Source of the DNA: Burkholderiaceae bacterium
GTDB lineage: Bacteria; Pseudomonadota; Gammaproteobacteria; Burkholderiales; Burkholderiaceae_C
Direction: 5' to 3'
Length of the DNA: 60,855 nt
NCBI GenBank assembly: GCA_025458585.1
Contig: JALOSD010000001.1
Span: 1-60,855 of the forward strand
Made by a program: the position numbers and the translations under genes. Under the pieces are notes generated by a model. That model searched no databases. It was not told the origin of the DNA and saw only the letters and a program-made list of their open reading frames with translations. Positions 22,112 to 36,151 of the stretch are shown here, piece after piece (the stretch's first letter is position 1; the number at the start of each line of letters is the position of its first letter).

Positions 22112-24291
22112 TCAGCGTGGCTTGCGCGGGGCGCGCGACTTGCGCGCGACCGTCGCCTGCTTCTTCGCGCCGCCGGCGGCGTCGCCGCGAGAGCGCCGGG
22201 TCCCGCCGCGCGCCTCGCGGTCGGCGCGGTGCACGGCGTCGAGCGCGGCGGTCGCCGTGCCGTCGCCCGTGCGCCCCGGCTTGCCGGAGGCCGCGCGACC
22301 GCGCGCGAGCAGCCGGTCGTCCTCGCCCTCGCGCACGAGACGGAAGTCGATCTTGCGCCCGTCGAGGTCGACGCGGCTGACCTGCACCCGCACCCGCGAG
22401 CCGACGACGTAGCGCACGCCGGTGCGCTCGCCGCGCAGCTCCTGCCGCACCTCGTCGTAGCGGTAGTACTCGCCGCCGAGTTCGGTGATGTGCACGAGGC
22501 CGTCGACGTACAGCGCGTCGAGCGTGACGAACAGGCCGAAGCTCGCGACCGCGCTGACGGTGCCGGCGAATTCCTCGCCGAGGTGGTCGCGCATGTAGCG
22601 GCACTTCAGCCACGCCTCGACGTCGCGCGAGGCCTCGTCGGCGCGGCGCTCGTTGGCGCTGCAGTGCGCGCCCGCCGCCTCCCAGCGCTCGGCCTCCTGC
22701 ATGTGCGGCTTCGGCGCCTTGCCGCCGCGGCGCACCTTCGGCGCGTGCTCGACGACCCCGGTGCTGAGGTGGTAGCGCTTGCCGTGCAGCAGCGCCTTGA
22801 GCACGCGGTGGATCAGCAGGTCGGGGTATCGGCGGATCGGGCTCGTGAAGTGCGTGTAGGCCTCGTAGGCGAGGCCGAAGTGGCTGCCCTTGATGCCGCT
22901 GTAGATCGCCTGCTGCATCGAGCGCAGCAGCATCGTGTGGATCTGCGTCGCGTCGGGGCGGTCGCGCGTCGCCGCGGCGATGGCCTGGTACTCGCCGGGC
23001 TTGGGCTCCTCGCTCAGGCCCAGGCCGAGCCCGAGCGCGCGCAGGTAGTTCTGTAGCGTCGTGCGCTTCTCGGGGGTCGGCCCCTCGTGCACGCGGTACA
23101 GCGACGGGTGTTCGGCCTGCGCGATGAAGTCGGCGGCGCACACGTTGGCGGCGAGCATCGCCTCCTCGATCAGCCGGTGCGCCTCGGTGCGCACGCGCGG
23201 CACGATCTTTTCGATCCGTCCGTGGTCGTCGCAGACGATCTGCGTCTCGGTGGTTTCGAAGTCGACCGCGCCGCGCACGGCGCGGTGCTTGAGCAGCGCG
23301 CGGTAGACCTCGTGCAGGTGCAGCAGGTGCGGCACGAGCGCCTCGCGGCGCACCGCCTCGGGCCCGCGCGTGTTGGCGAGGATCGCCGCGACCTCGGTGT
23401 ACGTCAGCCGCGCGTGCGAGCGGATCACCGCCGGGTAGAACTGGTAGGCCGTGACCTCGCCGCCGCGGTCGACGAGCAGGTCGCACACCATCGCGAGGCG
23501 GTGCTCGTCGGGGTTCAGCGAGCACAGCCCGTTGCTCAGCTTCTCGGGCAGCATCGGAATCACGCGGCGCGGGAAGTAGACCGAGGTCGCGCGCTCGTAG
23601 GCGTCGCGGTCGAGCGGCTCGCCGGGCTTCACGTAGTGGCTGACGTCGGCGATCGCGACCACGAGTCGCCAGCCGTCGAACGCGTTCTTGCCCCGTCCCT
23701 GCCTGTGCGGCTCGCAGTAGACGGCGTCGTCGAAGTCACGCGCGTCCTCGCCGTCGATCGTGACCAGCGGCACGTCGGTGAGGTCGACGCGGTGGCGGCG
23801 GTCGACCGGGCGCAGCTTGTCGGGCAGCGCCGCGGCCTGCGCGATCGTCTCCGGCGAGAAGCGATGCGGCACCTCGTACTTGCGCACCGCGATCTCGATC
23901 TCCATGCCCGGGTCGTCGATCTCGCCGAGCACCTCGGTGACGCGGCCCACCGGCTGCGAGTACAGCGAAGGCGGCTCCGTGAGTTCGATGGCGACGACCT
24001 GCCCCGCGTGCCCGCTGGCGGTGGCGTTCTTCGGGATCAGGATGTCCTGCCCGTAGCGCTTGTCTTCCGGCGCGACGACCCAGACGCCACCCTCGTGCAG
24101 CAGGCGTCCGATGATCGGCGCCTTGCGCCGCTCGAGGATGTCGAGCACGCGGCCCTCGGGCCGGCCCTTGCGGTCGTAGCGCACGATGCGCACGCGCACG
24201 CGGTCGCGGTGCAGCACCGCGCGCATCTCCTGCGGCGAAGGAAGCCGTGGCCGTCGCGGTGCCCCTGCACCGTGCCCTCCACTTCGCTCAT
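22112..24291 (-). pseudogene. rnr: Ribonuclease R with a frameshifting deletion near the 5' end (24239-24240)
   Basis: EGTVQGHRDGHGF, two orphan bases, then SPQEMRAVLHRDRV...TIDGEDARDFDDA...HFTSPIRRYPD and an S1 domain. Confidence 0.88.
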
Positions 24292-24317
24292 CAGAGCGGC
24301 GCCGAGGACGGGGGCGG

Positions 24318-24347
24318 TTGAGGTCGATTCTTTCTTGATGGTAGACT
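24318..24347 (+). promoter_or_regulatory. Putative sigma70 promoter for tRNA-Leu
   Basis: TTGAGG-18 nt-TAGACT with a TG extension, 47 nt before the tRNA. Confidence 0.4.
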
Positions 24348-24394
24348 TTCAGTTTGCTGAGACAGGCACGTTCCGCTCAGGGAGCGCGCCTCAA

Positions 24395-24479
<85 letters not shown>

Positions 24480-24487
24480 TAGACACG

Positions 24488-24521
24488 ACGACGAAGGCCG
24501 GCTTCCGCCGGCCTTCGTCGT
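24488..24521. terminator. Hairpin terminator between convergent tRNA-Leu and the PRTase gene
   Basis: Perfect 15-bp stem ACGACGAAGGCCGGC-TTCC-GCCGGCCTTCGTCGT followed by TT. Confidence 0.75.
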
Positions 24522-24522
24522 T

Positions 24523-24977
24523 TCAGATCGCGAACTTCTTGGCCAGCCCCTCGGGGCGCAGGTTGTCGTATTCCTCGAACGGCTGGTGGATCCAGGGACT
24601 CGTGGGCAGCATCTCGACGAAGTAGTCGGGGATGTAGGTCGAACGACGGCGCGCAGCGTCACGCCCGAGTCCGCCAGGTCGTCGACGAGCAACACGCGCC
24701 CGGCGAGGTCGCCCTTGGGCAGCGTGATGTACTTGGCCATGTCGAGCCGGCCCTGGATCGTCCCAGCCTCGGCGCGGTACGAACTCGTCGACATGATCGC
24801 CAGCGGCTTGTCGAACACGCGCGAGATCACGTCGCCCGGACGCATGCCGCCGCGCGCCAGGCAAAGGATCTGGTCGAACGCCCACCCCGACGCGTGCACC
24901 TTGAGCGCCAGGCGCTCGATCAGCATGTGGTACTCGTCCCACGAGACGTACAGGTGTTTGCCGTCGTCGGTCAGCAT
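24523..24977 (-). pseudogene. Type I phosphoribosyltransferase (purine salvage-like) with a frameshifting deletion at 24643-24644
   Basis: MLTDDGKHLYVSW, LARGG and the PRPP motif VLLVDDLADSGVTL, then a frame change to STYIPDYFVE...WIHQPFEEYD. Confidence 0.85.
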
Positions 24978-24994
24978 CGGTCTCCTCCACTCTT

Positions 24995-27530
<2,536 letters not shown>

Positions 27531-27601
27531 GAACGGGCGGGCTGTTAAAACCAGCATTCTACCGGCGCCACCCCCGGGCGCCGGACCGTCGTCAACGCGT
27601 C

Positions 27602-27790
27602 TCAGCGCAGGAAGAGCAACGCGAGCACGGCGCCCGCGAGCATGCTCGCGAGACCGATGAAGCGGATCTGGCCGTCGCTGAGCTGCAGCGCGCGCTCGAA
27701 CATCTGCCGCCAGGCCGTGGGGCTGAGGAACGGCAACAACCCTTCGAAGACGAGCATCAGCGCCAGCGCGCCGATGAGGACGTCGCCCAT
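27602..27790 (-). CDS. DUF2065 (YjeT-like) small membrane protein
   Basis: [13 protein letters not shown] and QIRFIGL; conserved position after hflC. Confidence 0.88.
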   Translation of the reverse strand: MGDVLIGALALMLVFEGLLPFLSPTAWRQMFERALQLSDGQIRFIGLASMLAGAVLALLFLR

Positions 27791-27805
27791 CGGCTGCCGA
27801 CGCGC

Positions 27806-28684
27806 TCAGCGCGGCGCCGCCTGCGGCCCGCGCATGACGCGGAAGAAGTCGCCGGTGGTGTCAAGCACCATCACGTCGTTCTTGTTCTGGAAGCTCGCTC
27901 GGTAGGCCTCAAGGCTGCGGTAGAACTGCGCAAACTGAGGGTCGCGGCCGAACGCCTCCGCATACAGCGCCGACGCGCGCGCGTCGCCCTCGCCCTTGAT
28001 CTTCTGCGCGTCGCGGAACGCCTCGGCGAGGATGATCTCGCGCTGGCGGTCGGCGTCGGCTCGGATCTTCTCGCCCTCCGCGGAGCCGGTCGAGCGCAGC
28101 TCGTTGGCCACGCGCTTGCGCTCCGACTCCATACGCCGGTAGACGGCGTCGGTGATGTCGGCGACGAAGTCGACGCGCTTGACGCGCACATCGACGATCT
28201 CGACGCCGAAGTTCTGCGAGACCTCCGTCAGGCGATCGCGCACGCCCTGCATCACGCGTTCGCGGTCGGTGGCGAGCACGCCGGTCACCGTCTGGCGCGT
28301 GATCTCCTCGTTGAATGCGGCCTGCACCACGGGGGTCAGGCGCACGTCGAGGTTGCGCATGTCGGCGCCGCTGTTGCGGATGAACTGGCGCGGGTCGCTG
28401 ATGCGCCACTTGACCATCCAGTCGACGAGCACGCTCTTCTTCTCGGCGGTGAAGATCGGCCGCGGGTCGGTGTTGTCGAGCGTCTGGATGCGCTTGTCGA
28501 GAAAGACGACGTTCTGGAACGGCGGCGGCAGCTTCCAGTTCAGCCCCGGTTCGGTGATCACGGTCCTGATCTCGCCGAGCGCGAAGACGGCGGCGATCTG
28601 GCGCTGGTCGACGACGAACAGCGTCGACGACAGCAGCATCAGCAGGGCCAGCAGGCCACCGACGAAGAGTCCGATTCGGTTCAT
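27806..28684 (-). CDS. hflC: FtsH modulator HflC
   Basis: SPFH domain, [14 protein letters not shown]. Confidence 0.95.
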   Translation of the reverse strand: MNRIGLFVGGLLALLMLLSSTLFVVDQRQIAAVFALGEIRTVITEPGLNWKLPPPFQNVVFLDKRIQTLDNTDPRPIFTAEKKSVLVDWMVKWRISDPRQFIRNSGADMRNLDVRLTPVVQAAFNEEITRQTVTGVLATDRERVMQGVRDRLTEVSQNFGVEIVDVRVKRVDFVADITDAVYRRMESERKRVANELRSTGSAEGEKIRADADRQREIILAEAFRDAQKIKGEGDARASALYAEAFGRDPQFAQFYRSLEAYRASFQNKNDVMVLDTTGDFFRVMRGPQAAPR

Positions 28685-28705
28685 GGCGGGTTGTCCTTCG
28701 CGGGG

Positions 28706-30052
28706 TCAGCGCACGTCGCGCTCGCGGCTGCGCTGGTCGCCGCGCGTGCGCGCGTCGAGCGTGACGGCCGCTGCGCCGGCGGCCGGCGTCGGCACGTCAG
28801 TGCGCGGCGCCGCCGCCGGTGCCGTCCCGCTCTGGCGCAGCAGCTGCTCGAGCGGCATGTAGAGGAAGTTCGAGCTGCCGCGGCTGTCGACGAGCACCTT
28901 GCTGACGTTGCCGTAGACCTCCTGCATCGTCTCGAGGAACAAGCGGTCACGCGTCACCCCGGGGGCACGCTGGTACTCGGCGAGCACCGAGCGGAAGCGC
29001 TGCGCGTCGCCCTCGGCGGTGGCGATGATGCGCGCCCGGTAGCCCTCGGCCTCCTCGCGCAGACGCGCGGCCGTGCCTTGCGCGCGCGGGAGCACCTCGC
29101 TCGCGTAGGCCTCGCCTTCGTTGCGGAAGCGGTCGCGGTCGGCGCCGGCGCGTACCGCGTCGTTGAACGCCGCCTGCACCTGCTCGGGCACCTGCACGTT
29201 CTGGATGTTGACGTTGGTGACCAAGATGCCGGCGTTCAGGCGGTCGAGCTGGTTCTGGACCGAGCGCACGAGGTCGGCGGCGATGGCGTCGCGCGCCGCG
29301 TAGAGCACCGAGTCGACCTGGCTGCGGCCGACGATCTCGCGCACCGCCGACTCGCTGGCCATCACCACGGCCTCGTCGGGGTTGCGGTTCTCGAACAGAT
29401 AGGCGCGCGAGTCGCTCAGCCGGTACTGCACGGTAAAGCGGATGTCGACGATGTTCTCGTCCTGCGTCAGCATCGACGAGTCGCGCAGCCCGGTGGCCTG
29501 CGTGACCGTGTTGCGGCCGATGTCGACCGAGCGCAGCTGCGTGAACGGCACCGTCTCGTGCGCCTGGAACGGGTACGGCAGCCGCCACTGGATGCCGGCG
29601 TCGACAGTGGCGCTGTAGCGACCGAACGTCGTGACGACGGCCTGCTGGCCTTCCTGCACGATGTACACGCCGCTGCCGAGCCAGATCAGCGCGACGACGC
29701 CGGAGATCAGGCCGATGCCGATGCCCGCGCTCTTCATGTCGGGCGGCTGGAACGACGGCCCGCCGCCGCCACCGCCGCCGCCGTCACCGCCGCCATCGAG
29801 ACGGCGCGGCCCCTTCTTGTTGCCGAACAGGTTCGACAGCTTGCCGTTGAAGTCCTTCCATAGCTCGTCGAGGTCGGGCGGACCGTCCTTGCGACCGCTG
29901 TTCAGCGTGAGGCCGTCACCCGCGGGCGAGGTCGTACGGCCGCGCGCGCCTCGGGGCAGCGCGCGCAGCAGCGCGAGCGCGGCCGACGCCGTCGCGCGCA
30001 GGCGGGCACCCAAGGGCGCGGAAACGACGTCGGGAAACGATCGGATGGTCAT
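28706..30052 (-). CDS. hflK: FtsH modulator HflK (start uncertain)
   Basis: GPPDLDELW, Gly-rich linker, MLTQDENIV, APGVTRDRLFLE. Confidence 0.94.
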   Translation of the reverse strand: MTIRSFPDVVSAPLGARLRATASAALALLRALPRGARGRTTSPAGDGLTLNSGRKDGPPDLDELWKDFNGKLSNLFGNKKGPRRLDGGGDGGGGGGGGPSFQPPDMKSAGIGIGLISGVVALIWLGSGVYIVQEGQQAVVTTFGRYSATVDAGIQWRLPYPFQAHETVPFTQLRSVDIGRNTVTQATGLRDSSMLTQDENIVDIRFTVQYRLSDSRAYLFENRNPDEAVVMASESAVREIVGRSQVDSVLYAARDAIAADLVRSVQNQLDRLNAGILVTNVNIQNVQVPEQVQAAFNDAVRAGADRDRFRNEGEAYASEVLPRAQGTAARLREEAEGYRARIIATAEGDAQRFRSVLAEYQRAPGVTRDRLFLETMQEVYGNVSKVLVDSRGSSNFLYMPLEQLLRQSGTAPAAAPRTDVPTPAAGAAAVTLDARTRGDQRSRERDVR

Positions 30053-31254
30053 GCCTGCAACGAACGGCTGGGTTGGGGAGCTGCCGGCGGCAGCCAGTCG
30101 GGAGCGGACTCGATGGCCGCGCGCGCCAGCGCCTCGCGCAGCTCGGCGAGGCCGGTGCCGTCGAGCGCACTGACGAACACGCGCGGGGTACGCCGGCCAC
30201 CGTCACGTTCGACAGTGTCGACGAGGGCGCGCGGGCGCTGGCCGGGCTCGAGGGCGTCGACCTTGTTGAAGACGAGGATCTGGGGCACGTCCTGCGCCCC
30301 GATCTCGGCGAGCACGCGTTCGACCTCGTGCTGCTGCTCGTCGCGCGTCGGGCTGGCCGCGTCGACGACGTGCAGCAGCAGGTCGGCGTCGACCGCCTCT
30401 TGCAGCGTCGCCTGGAACGCCTCGACGAGCTTGTGCGGCAGGTCGCGGATGAAGCCGACCGTGTCGGCGAGCGACACCGTGCGCCCGCCGACACCGTCTA
30501 GCGCGGGCAGGTACAGCGCGCGCACCGTCGGGTCGAGCGTCGCGAACAGCTGGTCGGCGGCGTAGGTGCGCGCCTTCGTCAGCGCGTTGAACAGCGTCGA
30601 CTTGCCGGCGTTGGTGTAGCCGACGAGCGCGATGCGGAACGTGCCGCTGCGCTCGCGCGCGCGACGCTGCGTCTGCCGCTGGCGCTTGACGCGGTCGAGC
30701 CGCGTCTTCACGCTGCGGATGCGCTCGCCGATCATGCGGCGGTCGAGCTCGATCTGCGTCTCGCCCGGGCCGCCGCGCGTGCCGATGCCGCCCTGCTGGC
30801 GCTCGAGGTGGCTCCAGCGGCGCACGAGACGCGTCGACAGGTACTGCAGCCGCGCGAGCTCGACCTGCAGCTTGCCCTCGTGGCTCTTCGCGCGCTCGGC
30901 GAAGATCTCGAGGATCAGCGCCGTGCGGTCGGACACCGGCACGCCGAGGTGGCGCTCGAGGTTGCGCTGCTGCACCGGGCTCAGCGCCTGGTCGAAGATC
31001 ACGCCCTGCGCGTCGTGCTCCTGCACGATGGCCTTGATCTCGTCGGCCTTGCCGCTGCCGACGAACAGCGCCGCGTCGGGTGCCTTGCGGCGCGCGAACA
31101 CGCGCGCGACGACGTCGTCGCCGGCCGACTCGGCGAGCTGTGCCAGCTCGTCGAGCGTCGGATCGAACGACGAGCCGGGACCGAGATCGACGCCGACGAT
31201 CACGGCACGCGCGACCATGCCGTCGCGCCGCGCGCCAGGCTGGACCTCAGGCAT
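30049..31254 (-). CDS. hflX: GTPase HflX
   Basis: EGKLQVELA, GPGETQIELDRR, GYTNAGKS, LFATLD, DTVGFI. Confidence 0.95.
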   Translation of the reverse strand: MPEVQPGARRDGMVARAVIVGVDLGPGSSFDPTLDELAQLAESAGDDVVARVFARRKAPDAALFVGSGKADEIKAIVQEHDAQGVIFDQALSPVQQRNLERHLGVPVSDRTALILEIFAERAKSHEGKLQVELARLQYLSTRLVRRWSHLERQQGGIGTRGGPGETQIELDRRMIGERIRSVKTRLDRVKRQRQTQRRARERSGTFRIALVGYTNAGKSTLFNALTKARTYAADQLFATLDPTVRALYLPALDGVGGRTVSLADTVGFIRDLPHKLVEAFQATLQEAVDADLLLHVVDAASPTRDEQQHEVERVLAEIGAQDVPQILVFNKVDALEPGQRPRALVDTVERDGGRRTPRVFVSALDGTGLAELREALARAAIESAPDWLPPAAPQPSRSLQA

Positions 31255-31292
31255 CGAGGAACGGGAAGTGGAAGTCGAAGCGGCCAATGAGC

Positions 31293-31535
31293 TCAGGATC
31301 CCTCCCCGGGCTCCTGCGTGTGGAAGTTCACCGCCCGCCCGGGCACGACGGTGGAGATCGCGTGCTTGTAGACCATCTGCGTGACGGTGTTGCGCAGCAG
31401 GACCACGTACTGGTCGAACGACTCGATGTGGCCCTGCAACTTGATGCCGTTGACGAGGTAGATCGACACCGGCACGTGTTCCTTGCGCAGGAGGTTCAGG
31501 AACGGGTCTTGTAGTAGCTGCCCTTTGTTGCTCAC
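31293..31535 (-). CDS. hfq: RNA chaperone Hfq
   Basis: [25 protein letters not shown]; GTG start with GGAG upstream. Confidence 0.97.
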   Translation of the reverse strand: MSNKGQLLQDPFLNLLRKEHVPVSIYLVNGIKLQGHIESFDQYVVLLRNTVTQMVYKHAISTVVPGRAVNFHTQEPGEGS

Positions 31536-31622
31536 GATATGCTCCGTGTCGAAGGTCGATCTGCGGGACGTTAACACAGGCCTCCCGTCGGGCGTGGCCG
31601 GCCGACGCTTACCCGCGCACCC

Positions 31623-32963
31623 TTAAGTGCCGCGATCCACGAAAGGGTTCCGCGACGAGCGCAGCTCGATGCGCAGCGGCGTGCCGACGAGCTTGAAATG
31701 CTCGCGGAACCGGCCCTCGAGGTAGCGCTTGTAGGCGTCGGTGACGTGGTCGAGCGAGTTGCCGTGGATGACGACGATCGGCGGGTTCATGCCGCCCTGG
31801 TGCGCATAGCGCAGCTTCGGCCGGGTCGCGCCCGCGCGTTTGGGCGCCTGGTGCTCGACCGCCTCGTGCAGCACGCGCGTGAGCACCGGCGTGGGCAGCT
31901 TGGCCGTGGCCGACGCGTATGCCGCGCCGATCGCCTTCCACAGCGGCGCGAGTCCCTGGCGCTTCAGTGCCGAGATGTGCAGCCGCGGCGCGAACTTCAG
32001 GAACGCCAGGCGCTGCTCGATCGAGCGCTCGAGCTGCTCGCGCTGGTAGGCGTCGACGGCGTCCCACTTGTTGACCGCGACCACGGCGGCGCGGCCCGCC
32101 TCGGCGACGTAGCCGGCGATGTGCGCGTCCTGGTCGCCGACGCCCTGCGTCGCGTCGAGCAGCAGCACGACGACGTGCGCGTCGGCGATCGCCTGCAGCG
32201 TCTTGACGACCGAGAACTTCTCGACCGCCTCGAACACGCGCCCCTTGCGGCGCAGCCCGGCGGTGTCGACGAGCTCGAAGCGCCGCCCGCCGCGCTCGAG
32301 CGGCACGCGGATCGCGTCGCGCGTCGTACCCGGCTGGTCGTAGGCCACGAGCCGCTCCTCGCCGAGCCAGGCGTTGATCAGCGTGCTCTTGCCGACGTTC
32401 GGCCGCCCCGCCACGGCGAGGCGGATCGGCGCGTCCGCGGCAGGCTCGCCCTCGTCCGCCTCGTCGACAGGCGGCAGGTCGTCGAGCACCGCGTCCATCA
32501 GACTGCGGATGCCCTGGCCGTGCGCCGCCGAGACCGGGTGCGGCTCGCCGATGCCGAGTTCGTGGAATTCGGCCAGCCGCGCCGACTCCGTCATGCCCTC
32601 GGCCTTGTTGACCGCCAGGTGCACCCGCTTGCCGCACTCGCGCAGGTAGCGCGCGATGTCGTGGTCCTGCGCCGACAGGCCCGCGCGCGCGTCGACGACG
32701 AAGACCACCGCGTCGGCCTCGGCCACCGCCTGCCGCGTCTGCTGCGCCATCGCGGCGACGATGCCGGTGGGCTTCTCGGGCTCGAAGCCGCCGGTGTCGA
32801 CGACGATGATCTCGCGAGCGCCGACGCGCGCGTCACCGTAGTGGCGGTCGCGCGTCAGCCCGGGAACGTCGGCGACGATCGCGTCGCGGCTCTTCGTCAG
32901 CCGGTTGAAAAGCGTCGACTTGCCGACGTTGGTGCGGCCGACGAGGGCGACGACCGGCTTCAT
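31623..32963 (-). CDS. der: Ribosome biogenesis GTPase Der (EngA)
   Basis: Two tandem G domains (GRTNVGKS and GRPNVGKS; DTGG and DTAG). Confidence 0.96.
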   Translation of the reverse strand: MKPVVALVGRTNVGKSTLFNRLTKSRDAIVADVPGLTRDRHYGDARVGAREIIVVDTGGFEPEKPTGIVAAMAQQTRQAVAEADAVVFVVDARAGLSAQDHDIARYLRECGKRVHLAVNKAEGMTESARLAEFHELGIGEPHPVSAAHGQGIRSLMDAVLDDLPPVDEADEGEPAADAPIRLAVAGRPNVGKSTLINAWLGEERLVAYDQPGTTRDAIRVPLERGGRRFELVDTAGLRRKGRVFEAVEKFSVVKTLQAIADAHVVVLLLDATQGVGDQDAHIAGYVAEAGRAAVVAVNKWDAVDAYQREQLERSIEQRLAFLKFAPRLHISALKRQGLAPLWKAIGAAYASATAKLPTPVLTRVLHEAVEHQAPKRAGATRPKLRYAHQGGMNPPIVVIHGNSLDHVTDAYKRYLEGRFREHFKLVGTPLRIELRSSRNPFVDRGT

Positions 32964-32973
32964 CGAGGCGAGC

Positions 32974-34089
32974 TCACACCGGGCGGAACGCGAACAGGCC
33001 GCCACGCCGGGTCACGACGAGCACGGTGCTGCGCGCCAGTACCGGCGTGCCGACGACGGCCGAGCCGTCGGTGGCCAGCCGCAGCAGCGGCTGGCCGGTG
33101 TCGGCGGCGAGCCAGTGCACCTGGCCCTCGACGTCGCCGAAGACGACCGTCGGCCCGACGGCGAGCGCGCCGCTCAGGCCGCGGTAGAGGAAGCTCTCGT
33201 TCGTCCACAGGATCTCGCCGCTGCCGGTGCGCCACGCGGTGATGCGGTCGCTGCCGTCGGCACCGAACAGCCGCTCGGCGTCGCCGCCGATCGCCTGCGT
33301 GCCGCCGACGGCGCGGCTCCACACGGGCGACGTTCGCTCGAGGTCGATGCAGCCGACCGCCTGCTGGAACGCGCGCGCGCACAGCGTGTTGCCCAGGCGC
33401 AGCGGTGGCCCGACGAGGTCGGCCAGGCGCTCGACCTCGTTCGTGCCGCGCGGCGCGGCGATCGGCACCTCCCAGCGCACGGTGCCGCGCAGCGGGTCGA
33501 CCGCGGCCAGCCTCGGCCCCTGGCCGACGAGCAGCAGGTTGCGGTACGGGTGCAGCACGCCCGCCTGCGCGAGCGTCAGCGCGTCGCTCTGGCGCCGCAG
33601 CTCCCACAGCCGCCGACCGTCGACGGCGTCGAACGCATGCACGGCCCGGTCGACCGCGAGCACGAAGACGCGCTCGCCCGCGACCAGCGGCGCGCTCGAG
33701 ACGCGCGCCGGCAGGCGTCGCCGCCACTTGACCTGCCCGTCCTCGAGCGTGACGAGCTCGTTGTCGCGCGTGACGACGGCGACGAAGCGCCCGTCGGTGC
33801 CGACGCCGGCGACGATCGGCGCGCCGGCGCTGGCGCGCCAGGCGACGCGGCCGTCCTCGGCCTCGAGGCCGAGCAGCGTGCCGTCGCCGCCGGCGACGAC
33901 GAAACGCTCGCCCTGCACGGCCACGACGAGCGGGAACGGCACGCCGTCGACGCGCTGCGACCACACCTGGCGCCCGGCGATCGCCGGCTTCAGCGGCTCG
34001 AGCGGCGTCGGCTTCGGCCGCGAGCCCGAACAGCCCGCCAGCAGCACCAGCGCGGCCAGCGCGGCGCCGAGCGCGCGCCACACGGTCAT
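32974..34089 (-). CDS. bamB: Outer membrane assembly lipoprotein BamB
   Basis: Lipobox LAGC, PQQ-like beta-propeller repeats, [11 protein letters not shown]. Confidence 0.92.
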   Translation of the reverse strand: MTVWRALGAALAALVLLAGCSGSRPKPTPLEPLKPAIAGRQVWSQRVDGVPFPLVVAVQGERFVVAGGDGTLLGLEAEDGRVAWRASAGAPIVAGVGTDGRFVAVVTRDNELVTLEDGQVKWRRRLPARVSSAPLVAGERVFVLAVDRAVHAFDAVDGRRLWELRRQSDALTLAQAGVLHPYRNLLLVGQGPRLAAVDPLRGTVRWEVPIAAPRGTNEVERLADLVGPPLRLGNTLCARAFQQAVGCIDLERTSPVWSRAVGGTQAIGGDAERLFGADGSDRITAWRTGSGEILWTNESFLYRGLSGALAVGPTVVFGDVEGQVHWLAADTGQPLLRLATDGSAVVGTPVLARSTVLVVTRRGGLFAFRPV

Positions 34090-34751
34090 CGCGCGGCCCC
34101 GGCGGCGGGCTCGGGCGCAGCGCCGAGCGCGGTCAGCTTGGCGTCGATCAGCCGGCGGTACTCGACCGTCGCGTCCAACGCCTTCCACGCCGCCTGGTAG
34201 GCCGCCTTCGCGGCGTCGCGGTCGCCCTTGGCCATCAGCGCGTCGCCGCGGCGGTCGGCGACCAGCGCCGCGAACGGCTCGCTCTTGACGGCGTCGAGCT
34301 GCTTGAGGGCCTCGTCGGGCTGGCCGAGGTCGAGCAGCACGCCAGCCAGGCGCAGGCGCGCGATGTCGCGGTACTCGGTCTCGGTCGCGTTGTCGGCGAC
34401 CCAGGCGAGCGACGCGCGCGCCGCGTCGCCCTGCTGCCGCTCGAGCTGCACGCGCGCGGCGAGCAACCCGCCCTTCTGGGCATACGCGGTGCGCGGGTAG
34501 CTCGACTTCAGGTCGCCGAAAACGCGCGCGGTGCGCTCGAGGTCGCCGGCGCCGGCGGCGCGCTCGAGCTCGTCGTACATCGCGCTCGCCTTCAGCCCCT
34601 GTTCACGCTGGTACCAGTTCCAGCCGTTCCACGCCGCGTACGCCCCCAGCACGAGCACGAGCCCCCAGGTGATCAGGTTGCCCCAGCGGTTCCAGAACGC
34701 CTTCAGGGCGTCGATCTGCTCCTGCTCCTGCAGGTCGAGTTGGGTGGCCAT
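34086..34751 (-). CDS. yfgM: YfgM family TPR protein
   Basis: LDLQEQEQIDALKAFW, TM helix, ARLRLA; lies between hisS and bamB. Confidence 0.88.
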   Translation of the reverse strand: MATQLDLQEQEQIDALKAFWNRWGNLITWGLVLVLGAYAAWNGWNWYQREQGLKASAMYDELERAAGAGDLERTARVFGDLKSSYPRTAYAQKGGLLAARVQLERQQGDAARASLAWVADNATETEYRDIARLRLAGVLLDLGQPDEALKQLDAVKSEPFAALVADRRGDALMAKGDRDAAKAAYQAAWKALDATVEYRRLIDAKLTALGAAPEPAAGAAR

Positions 34752-34763
34752 CGGTCGTCGCGG

Positions 34764-36080
34764 TCAAAGCCGCGGATTATCGTCGAGCAGCTCGTGCGCC
34801 CACGACGCGGCATCGGCGAGCGGCCTCTCGACCTGCACGCCGGTGGGCTCGCCGGCGCGCGCACGCAGCGGCTTGAGCGCGACGACGCCGCGCGCGAGCT
34901 CGTCGGCGCCGAAGATCAGCGCCCACGCGGCCCCGCTCGCGTCGGCGCGTCGGAACTGCGCCTTCATGCCGCCGTAGCCGTCCTTGCCCGCGGCATGCAT
35001 CAGCACCGAGACACCGGCGGCGCGCAGCGCCTCGATCGCCGGCAGCGCGCGCGGCAGCACGTCGGCGGCGCCGAGCACCGCGAAGGCGCGCGGCGGCACG
35101 GCCGCCGGCGCGACGCCGGCCTCGGCGAGCAGCAGCAGCAGCCGCTCGACACCGAGCGCCCAGCCCACCGCCGGCGCCGGCTTGCCGCCGAGCTGCTCGA
35201 TCAGCGGGTCGTAGCGCCCGCCGCCGCACACCGTGCCCTGGGCGCCGAGGCGCTCGGTGACCCACTCGAACACGGTGAGGTTGTAGTAGTCGAGCCCGCG
35301 CACGAGGCGCGGGTTGAGGCGGTACTCGAGCCCGGCGGCGTCGAGCAGCGCGCGCAGCGCGTCGAAGTGCGCACGCGACTCGTCGCCGAGGTGGTCGACG
35401 AGCTTCGGCGCCGCCTCGATCAACGGCTGTAGCGCCGGGTTCTTGCTGTCGAGGATGCGCAGCGGGTTGGTGTGCAGACGGCGGCGCGAGTCGTCGTCGA
35501 GCAGGTCGTGGTGGGCCTCGAAGTGCGCGACGAGCGCGGCACGGTGCGCGCGCCGCTCGTGCGGCTGGCCGAGGCTGTTGATCTCGAGGCGCAGGTCGCG
35601 CGCCTCGACGAGGCCGAGCTCGCGCCACAGCGCGCGGCACATCAGGATCAACTCGGCGTCGACGTCGGGCCCCGCGAAGCCGAGCGCCTCGGCGCCGATC
35701 TGGTGGAACTGGCGGTAGCGGCCCTTCTGCGGCCGCTCGTGGCGGAACATCGGCCCCATGTAGTAGAGCCGCCGGCCGCCTTCGTGCAGCAGCGCGTGCT
35801 CGATCGTCGCGCGCACGACGCCGGCCGTGTTCTCCGGGCGCAGCGAGAGCTGGTCGCCATTCATCGCGTCGACGAACGAGTACATCTCCTTCTCGACGAT
35901 GTCGGTCACTTCGCCGAGCCCGCGCACGAACAGCGCCGTCGGCTCGACGATCGGCGTGCGCACGTTCTGGTAGCCGTAGCGCGCCATCAGGCCGCGCAGC
36001 TTGCCCTCGAGCCACTCCCAGCGCGCCGACTCCGGCGGCAGGATGTCGTTCATGCCCTTGACGGCTTGCAGCTTGTCCAT
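34764..36080 (-). CDS. hisS: Histidine-tRNA ligase
   Basis: [42 protein letters not shown]. Confidence 0.97.
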   Translation of the reverse strand: MDKLQAVKGMNDILPPESARWEWLEGKLRGLMARYGYQNVRTPIVEPTALFVRGLGEVTDIVEKEMYSFVDAMNGDQLSLRPENTAGVVRATIEHALLHEGGRRLYYMGPMFRHERPQKGRYRQFHQIGAEALGFAGPDVDAELILMCRALWRELGLVEARDLRLEINSLGQPHERRAHRAALVAHFEAHHDLLDDDSRRRLHTNPLRILDSKNPALQPLIEAAPKLVDHLGDESRAHFDALRALLDAAGLEYRLNPRLVRGLDYYNLTVFEWVTERLGAQGTVCGGGRYDPLIEQLGGKPAPAVGWALGVERLLLLLAEAGVAPAAVPPRAFAVLGAADVLPRALPAIEALRAAGVSVLMHAAGKDGYGGMKAQFRRADASGAAWALIFGADELARGVVALKPLRARAGEPTGVQVERPLADAASWAHELLDDNPRL

Positions 36081-36151
36081 GGTGCGGTGGAAGACAGGTT
36101 CGTCGCGCGGGCCCGCGCCGGGCCTGCGTCGCGGCCCCGGGGCCGGCCCGC

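Noticed and set aside
29755-29795. CCG triplet run in hflK
   Set aside because: Encodes the Gly-rich linker normal for HflK.
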